The notes below the pieces were generated by a model. That model was not told the origin of the DNA. It worked only from the letters and a program-made list of their open reading frames with translations, and did not search any database. Positions 27,618 to 32,000 of a DNA stretch of 32,000 nucleotides are shown in pieces. The position numbers were made by a program, and so were the translations under genes. The number at the start of each line of letters is the position of its first letter. Within the stretch, counting starts at the first letter, position 1. The stretch covers positions 3,240,001 to 3,272,000 of the forward strand of contig NZ_CP064923.1 in NCBI RefSeq assembly GCF_018336915.1, given 5' to 3'. The stretch is from Acaryochloris marina S15 (GTDB taxonomy: Bacteria; Cyanobacteriota; Cyanobacteriia; Thermosynechococcales; Thermosynechococcaceae).

Positions 27618-28053
27618 CTCACCTGCTTATGGTCACTCCTTCTTGATCATGAAGTGACTTTCCTATTTTTTCACACCCCATCTCCAACATAATAACTGCG
27701 GCAACCATGAGACGACTGAAGGTTGAAACACTGGGATAAGTGGAAGTGCAATTTATATTGCACCTATTAAATGACTTCACACCTATTAATTATCCACACC
27801 ACTTTAGGAAAAGAGAGGGGTCCCAATCACGCAAATCGTTTTATTTAATACACCTGCCAATCTTCTAGACTCTGAAAGATAGAGAACTCTCGCCACTGCA
27901 AACTAAAAACTCTCAGCCTCGACTTCGTATCTTAGATAGCCTAACTGAAGTATCGATTGCTTCCACCTAGATGAGTCCAACAATGTTCTGCAGGTACAAG
28001 CCATGCTTAGGGAATCCTTGATAATCTAGCCATCGACTTTTGATCCGTAGGTT

Positions 28054-28770
28054 ATGACCGATTCCTCCATTAACTCAATAGAAGTCGCCAAAGACCTCAA
28101 CCAGCAAGCAACTAACTACTGCAAGCAAGAACAGTATGACAAAGCAGAACCTCTACTGAAGCAGGCTCTTGCCATATATCAAGATCAATTTGGTAATGAA
28201 CATCTAGATGTTGCTGATACGCTCGATTTTCTGGCACATCTCTATCACTTCTTAGATCGATATGAAGAGAGGGAATCCCTCCTTACCCAAGCTTTGAAAA
28301 TACGAAAAAAGTTGTTGGGTAGTGAACACCCAGAGGTCGCTGATTCTCTCTCTAGCCTGGGATCGCTCTACGTAAGTCAAAGAAGGTTTAAGAAAGCAGA
28401 ACCCCTTTTGACGCAAGCTCTTGCCATATACCAAGAGCAATTTGGCAGTGAATATCCAGATATTCTTATTGGTCCCGTTAACGGCTTAGCCTTAATTTAC
28501 TGTCAGCAAGAACGGTATGTGGAAGCAGCTCCCCTTCTGACACAAATTCTGGAAATGAGCCAAAGGCTATTTGGCAATGAACATCCAGAGGTCGCGACTA
28601 GTCTTCGAAAACTAGCCTTTCTACATGAAAGTCAAAAACAATTTGAGAAAGCCGAGAATCTCTATCTTCAAGCCCTTGAGATGGGGCAAAAGCTTCTGGG
28701 AAATGGCCATCCAGAGGTTGTCGCTGTGCAACGACAATTAGACAATTGCCGTCAAAAGATGCTTGCTTAA
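28054..28770 (+). CDS. Tetratricopeptide repeat protein (TPR_10/TPR_12, kinesin-light-chain-like repeats)
   Basis: 238 aa made almost entirely of five units of about 42 aa. The consensus is AEPLL.QAL.IYQ.QFG.EHP.VA.SL..LA.LY..Q..Y.. Confidence 0.85.
   Translation: MTDSSINSIEVAKDLNQQATNYCKQEQYDKAEPLLKQALAIYQDQFGNEHLDVADTLDFLAHLYHFLDRYEERESLLTQALKIRKKLLGSEHPEVADSLSSLGSLYVSQRRFKKAEPLLTQALAIYQEQFGSEYPDILIGPVNGLALIYCQQERYVEAAPLLTQILEMSQRLFGNEHPEVATSLRKLAFLHESQKQFEKAENLYLQALEMGQKLLGNGHPEVVAVQRQLDNCRQKMLA
28141..28452 (+). repeat. Intragenic DNA-level tandem duplication inside the TPR gene (period 252 bp, or two TPR units)
   Basis: 28141-28200 (aaagcagaacctctactgaagcaggctcttgccatatatcaagatcaatttggtaatgaa) and 28393-28452 (aaagcagaaccccttttgacgcaagctcttgccatataccaagagcaatttggcagtgaa) match at 51 of 60 nt by hand alignment. 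Confidence 0.7.
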
Positions 28771-28924
28771 GGCGAGCTTGCTATATATGACTGCTAAACA
28801 TTGGGGCATTTAGGTTCTATTGAGTAGCACAAAAGAAAGTTACTTATCGCAAGTTATACCGTCCCCATAGATCTTCTTCTGGAATCTGCGTTATTACAAA
28901 TAAGGCAGAGCATTGACAGAAGAA

Positions 28925-30322
28925 ATGGCACATTCGCAGATTGAGGACGAACGCATCCAACTCCTAAATAAACAGGACGTGCAGCCTGGTGGCTATGTCT
29001 TGTACTGGATGCAGCAGTCTCAGCGAGCCGAATACAACCATGCCTTGGAATATGCCGTTCAACGGGCCAATGATCTCCAACAGCCTGTGGTAGTTTGCTT
29101 TGGCCTAATGGCCGATTATCCCGGTTCGAATCTGCGCCATTACACCTTTATGTTGGAAGGCTTGCAGGATACGGAGCAAGCGCTGATTCAACGAGGCATC
29201 AAATTTGTGATGCGCTATGGCAATCCAGACCAGATTGCTCTGGAACTAGGGAAAGAAGCCTCGTTGGTGGTGTGCGATCGCGGCTATCTTCGTTTCCAAC
29301 GCCAGTGGCGAGACACCGTAGCTCAAGATGCCCCCTGCCAAGTGGTGCAAGTGGAATCTGAAGTGGTGGTACCTGTCGAAACCGCCTCTGTCAAAGCCGA
29401 TTATGCTGCCCGAACCATCCGCCCTCGCATCCATCGCCACCTCGACCGCTTTCTAATTCCCTTTGAATCCACCCCTGTTCAACAATCCTCTCTCAATCTA
29501 GATCTGAAGGGATTAGACCTGAGCAATATTGAAGCCGTTCTGGCTAAGCTGCCCCTAGACTGCAGTGTGCCCCCCGTCAGTTCTCTGTTCCAGGGCGGCA
29601 CCACTCGGGCTAAGCAAATCCTGGAGCAATTTCTGCGAAAATCTTTTGCTATCTACGCCGATCATCGCAACCAGCCCCAAACCGATGATGTCTCTTATAT
29701 GAGTCAATATCTGCACTTTGGTCAAATCTCTCCGTTATATTTGGCCCTGCAGATTCAATCCATGGGCAATGTCCCCCGCGATAACGTTGATACCTATATC
29801 GAAGAACTGATTGTGCGGCGAGAGCTGGCCATGAACTTTGCCTATTACACCCCCGACTATGATGCCTATAGTTGTCTGCCCAACTGGGCCCAGAAGACCT
29901 TGGACAACCATCGCCACGATCCTAGAATCCCCTGCTATTCACTAGAAAAGCTCGACGAATCCCGCACCGAAGACCCCTATTGGAATGCTGCTATGAGGGA
30001 AATGAAGCACACTGGCTATATGCACAACTACATGCGCATGTACTGGGGCAAAAAAATCATCGAATGGACCGCCACTCCAGAGCTAGCCTTCCAAACGGCC
30101 TTAGACCTCAATAATAAGTACTTTATTGATGGCCGAGACGCTAATTCCTACACGGGTGTGGCCTGGGTGTTTGGGGTTCATGACCGGGGCTGGCGGGAAC
30201 GTCCTATCTTTGGCACCGTTCGCTATATGGCGGCTAGCGGCCTTAAACGCAAATGCGATATTGATGGCTATATTAAAAAGGTCAATCAGCGGGTTAAATC
30301 CCTCAATCCCACCCTGAAATAA
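28925..30322 (+). CDS. Class II cyclobutane pyrimidine dimer (CPD) photolyase
   Basis: It resembles class II enzymes such as the Methanosarcina mazei type, as recalled. Matching segments are VLYWMQQSQRAEYNHAL, YLHFGQISP, ELIVRRELAMNFAYY, DPYWNAAMREM, GYMHNYMRMYWGKKIIEW, DGRDANSYTGVAWVFGVHDRGWRERPIFGTVRYM. The track start at 28913 is a TTG. I prefer the in-frame ATG at 28925. Confidence 0.9.
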   Translation: MAHSQIEDERIQLLNKQDVQPGGYVLYWMQQSQRAEYNHALEYAVQRANDLQQPVVVCFGLMADYPGSNLRHYTFMLEGLQDTEQALIQRGIKFVMRYGNPDQIALELGKEASLVVCDRGYLRFQRQWRDTVAQDAPCQVVQVESEVVVPVETASVKADYAARTIRPRIHRHLDRFLIPFESTPVQQSSLNLDLKGLDLSNIEAVLAKLPLDCSVPPVSSLFQGGTTRAKQILEQFLRKSFAIYADHRNQPQTDDVSYMSQYLHFGQISPLYLALQIQSMGNVPRDNVDTYIEELIVRRELAMNFAYYTPDYDAYSCLPNWAQKTLDNHRHDPRIPCYSLEKLDESRTEDPYWNAAMREMKHTGYMHNYMRMYWGKKIIEWTATPELAFQTALDLNNKYFIDGRDANSYTGVAWVFGVHDRGWRERPIFGTVRYMAASGLKRKCDIDGYIKKVNQRVKSLNPTLK

Positions 30323-30429
30323 CCGATGTAACGGCCTAGGAATCGGCGTAAAATTAGGACTCAAGATTGCCACTAGGGTTGGAGGGCCGTCTTCTGCTAA
30401 CGTATCCAATAGTGTATCGCTAACGCATT

Positions 30430-31413
30430 ATGGCTGAAGTACTGTTATTTAACGCCCTCCGTGACGCCATCGACGAAGAAATGGCAAAAGACAACACCGT
30501 CATGGTCATGGGAGAAGACGTGGGACATTACGGTGGCTCCTACAAAGTCACAAAAGGCTTGTATGACAAGTACGGCGAGCTGCGCGTCCTCGATACACCG
30601 ATCGCGGAAAATAGCTTTACTGGCATGGCTGTTGGCGCTGCCATAACTGGCCTAAAGCCGATCATTGAAGGGATGAACATGGGCTTTCTGCTCTTGGCCT
30701 TCAACCAAATTGCCAATAATGCGGGCATGCTGCGCTATACCTCTGGGGGTAACTTCAAAATTCCCATGGTGATTCGTGGCCCCGGTGGTGTAGGTCGACA
30801 ACTGGGTGCAGAACATTCCCAGCGACTAGAGGCTTATTTCCAAGCCGTACCCGGTCTCAAAATTGTGGCTTGTTCTACTCCCTACAATGCCAAAGGCTTA
30901 CTCAAAGCAGCCATCCGTGACCCTAACCCCGTTCTCTTCTTTGAGCATGTGCTGCTCTATAACCTCAAGGAAGAATTACCCGATCAAGAGTACGTCTTAC
31001 CCCTAGACAAAGCCGAAGTGGTTCGTGCAGGTAAGGATGTAACGATCCTCACCTACTCGCGAATGCGTCACCATGTCGTCCAGGCCGCGAAAACCCTGAC
31101 GGAGCAAGGCTACGATCCTGAGATTATTGATTTAATTTCCCTCAAGCCCCTCGACTTCGATACCATCGGGGCTTCCATTCGCAAAACCCATCGGGTGATT
31201 GTCGTCGAAGAATGTATGCGAACCGGTGGGGTCGGTGCTGAAATCATCGCCTCTATTAATGATCGATTCTTTGATGAGCTGGATGCCCCGGTAGTGCGGC
31301 TCTCCTCTCAAGATATTCCAACGCCGTATAACGGCATGTTAGAAAGCCTGACGATTGTGCAGCCGCCTCAAATTGTCGAGGCTGTTCAGCAGATTACTGC
31401 ACTTCAGGTCTAA
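30430..31413 (+). CDS. pdhB: Pyruvate dehydrogenase E1 component, beta subunit
   Basis: 327 aa. It has the transketolase-like pyrimidine-binding domain ([40 protein letters not shown]) and a C-terminal domain. Confidence 0.95.
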   Translation: MAEVLLFNALRDAIDEEMAKDNTVMVMGEDVGHYGGSYKVTKGLYDKYGELRVLDTPIAENSFTGMAVGAAITGLKPIIEGMNMGFLLLAFNQIANNAGMLRYTSGGNFKIPMVIRGPGGVGRQLGAEHSQRLEAYFQAVPGLKIVACSTPYNAKGLLKAAIRDPNPVLFFEHVLLYNLKEELPDQEYVLPLDKAEVVRAGKDVTILTYSRMRHHVVQAAKTLTEQGYDPEIIDLISLKPLDFDTIGASIRKTHRVIVVEECMRTGGVGAEIIASINDRFFDELDAPVVRLSSQDIPTPYNGMLESLTIVQPPQIVEAVQQITALQV

Positions 31414-31452
31414 TTTTATTTTCACTTTTCCGTTTGGAGCAATGTAACACCG

Positions 31453-32000
31453 GTGCTTAAACAACAACGCTTTCTACTGGCTCTCATTGCCCTATTAGTG
31501 GTGGGGGCATTAATTGTCGTCACCCCGTTTGGCAAGCAGTATGGCCTGGGCAAAATTAATCTGGGTTTAGACCTGAGAGGTGGATCTCAGTTAACCCTGC
31601 AGGTCAACCCGACGGAGGAAGTGACAGACATTACCCCCAACGTGATGGAAGCGGTACAAACCGTGGTGGCCAATCGCCTTAACCCTGAAGGTGTATCGGA
31701 AATCGTGGTTCAGACTGTGGGTAACCAGCAAATTCTTGTTCAGCTCCCTGGGGTTAGCGACCCAAAAGATGCAGAGCAACTACTCAGCCAGGTTGCCCAG
31801 CTTGATTTTCGGCGTCCCAATAATGCTATCTTGGCTCAGGTCAATGTCCGTAGCAGTGAGCTGCAGCGGTTATTGCAGAAGCTACCCGAAGCAGAAAAAG
31901 CAGGCGATGCCGCAGCTCTCGCGAAGATCCAAGGAGAAGTTCAGGAGAAGCAGAAACAGCTCACTGAGCTACAAGATCAGTTCTTCGTAAAAACGGACTT
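31453..32000 (+). CDS. secD: Protein translocase subunit SecD, 5' part only; the gene runs off the right edge
   Basis: Not in the ORF track because no stop lies in the window. A GTG at 31453 is preceded by GGAG at 31436-31439. The translation is (M)[22 protein letters not shown]...[18 protein letters not shown]...[27 protein letters not shown], the SecD N-terminal TM helix plus P1-head signature. I read the frame as open to nt 32000. Confidence 0.88.
   Translation, partial: MLKQQRFLLALIALLVVGALIVVTPFGKQYGLGKINLGLDLRGGSQLTLQVNPTEEVTDITPNVMEAVQTVVANRLNPEGVSEIVVQTVGNQQILVQLPGVSDPKDAEQLLSQVAQLDFRRPNNAILAQVNVRSSELQRLLQKLPEAEKAGDAAALAKIQGEVQEKQKQLTELQDQFFVKTD

Noticed and set aside
29095-30409. 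ORFs 29095..29361, 29246..29440, 29735..29917, 30101..30409 and 30126..30317
   Set aside because: They are alternative-frame or antisense ORFs within the photolyase gene.
31691-31990. ORF 31691..31990 (+), 99 aa, and ORF 31591..31779 (-)
   Set aside because: They overlap the open secD frame (from 31453), which has clear SecD motifs.
1-32000. CRISPR arrays, cas genes, restriction-modification, toxin-antitoxin pairs, retrons/DGRs, prophage or integrase genes
   Set aside because: I scanned for regularly spaced direct repeats and for the characteristic protein motifs in all listed ORFs and found none. The only mobile DNA is the IS remnant. The TPR and NYN proteins are stand-alone and are not fused to defence-type effector domains.

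Overview
This window looks like an ordinary chromosomal segment of a cyanobacterium, not an accessory island. The taxonomic call rests on three things. The HIP1 octamer GCGATCGC occurs 13 times, against about 0.5 expected by chance. The window carries gun4 and a Psb32/TPM-like gene. It also has the pilB-pilT-pilC gene order typical of cyanobacteria. Left to right, the content is as follows:
- pilC (partial), pilT and pilB on the minus strand, with a decayed ISKra4-like insertion sequence wedged between pilB and pilT.
- A plus-strand grpE-dnaK-dnaJ-tusA-like-rsgA chaperone and ribosome-assembly cluster.
- SRPBCC, HAD, TPM/Psb32-like, rlpA and purM genes.
- A small gene pair encoding a Cys-rich protein and a phasin-like protein.
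- An SRP (4.5S) RNA that the ORF track does not show, and tRNA-Pro(CGG).
- leuA, a NYN/LabA-like gene, a CHASE2 class III nucleotidyl cyclase and gun4.
- A minus-strand trio encoding a thioredoxin-fold protein, a SAM methyltransferase and a secreted tandem retropepsin-like protease.
- A TPR protein, a class II CPD photolyase, pdhB and the start of secD.
I found no CRISPR array, prophage, toxin-antitoxin pair, reverse transcriptase or recognisable defence cassette, and I cannot honestly point to a clearly novel multi-gene system. The observations most worth a second look are:
- the IS remnant splitting the pilus motor operon;
- the translationally coupled thioredoxin-fold/methyltransferase/tandem-aspartic-protease trio;
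- the Cys-rich plus phasin-like pair;
- the class II rather than class I photolyase;
- several unexplained palindromes and direct repeats in unusually long AT-rich intergenic regions.
All functional calls come from reading motifs in the supplied translations and the sequence. No database search was run.
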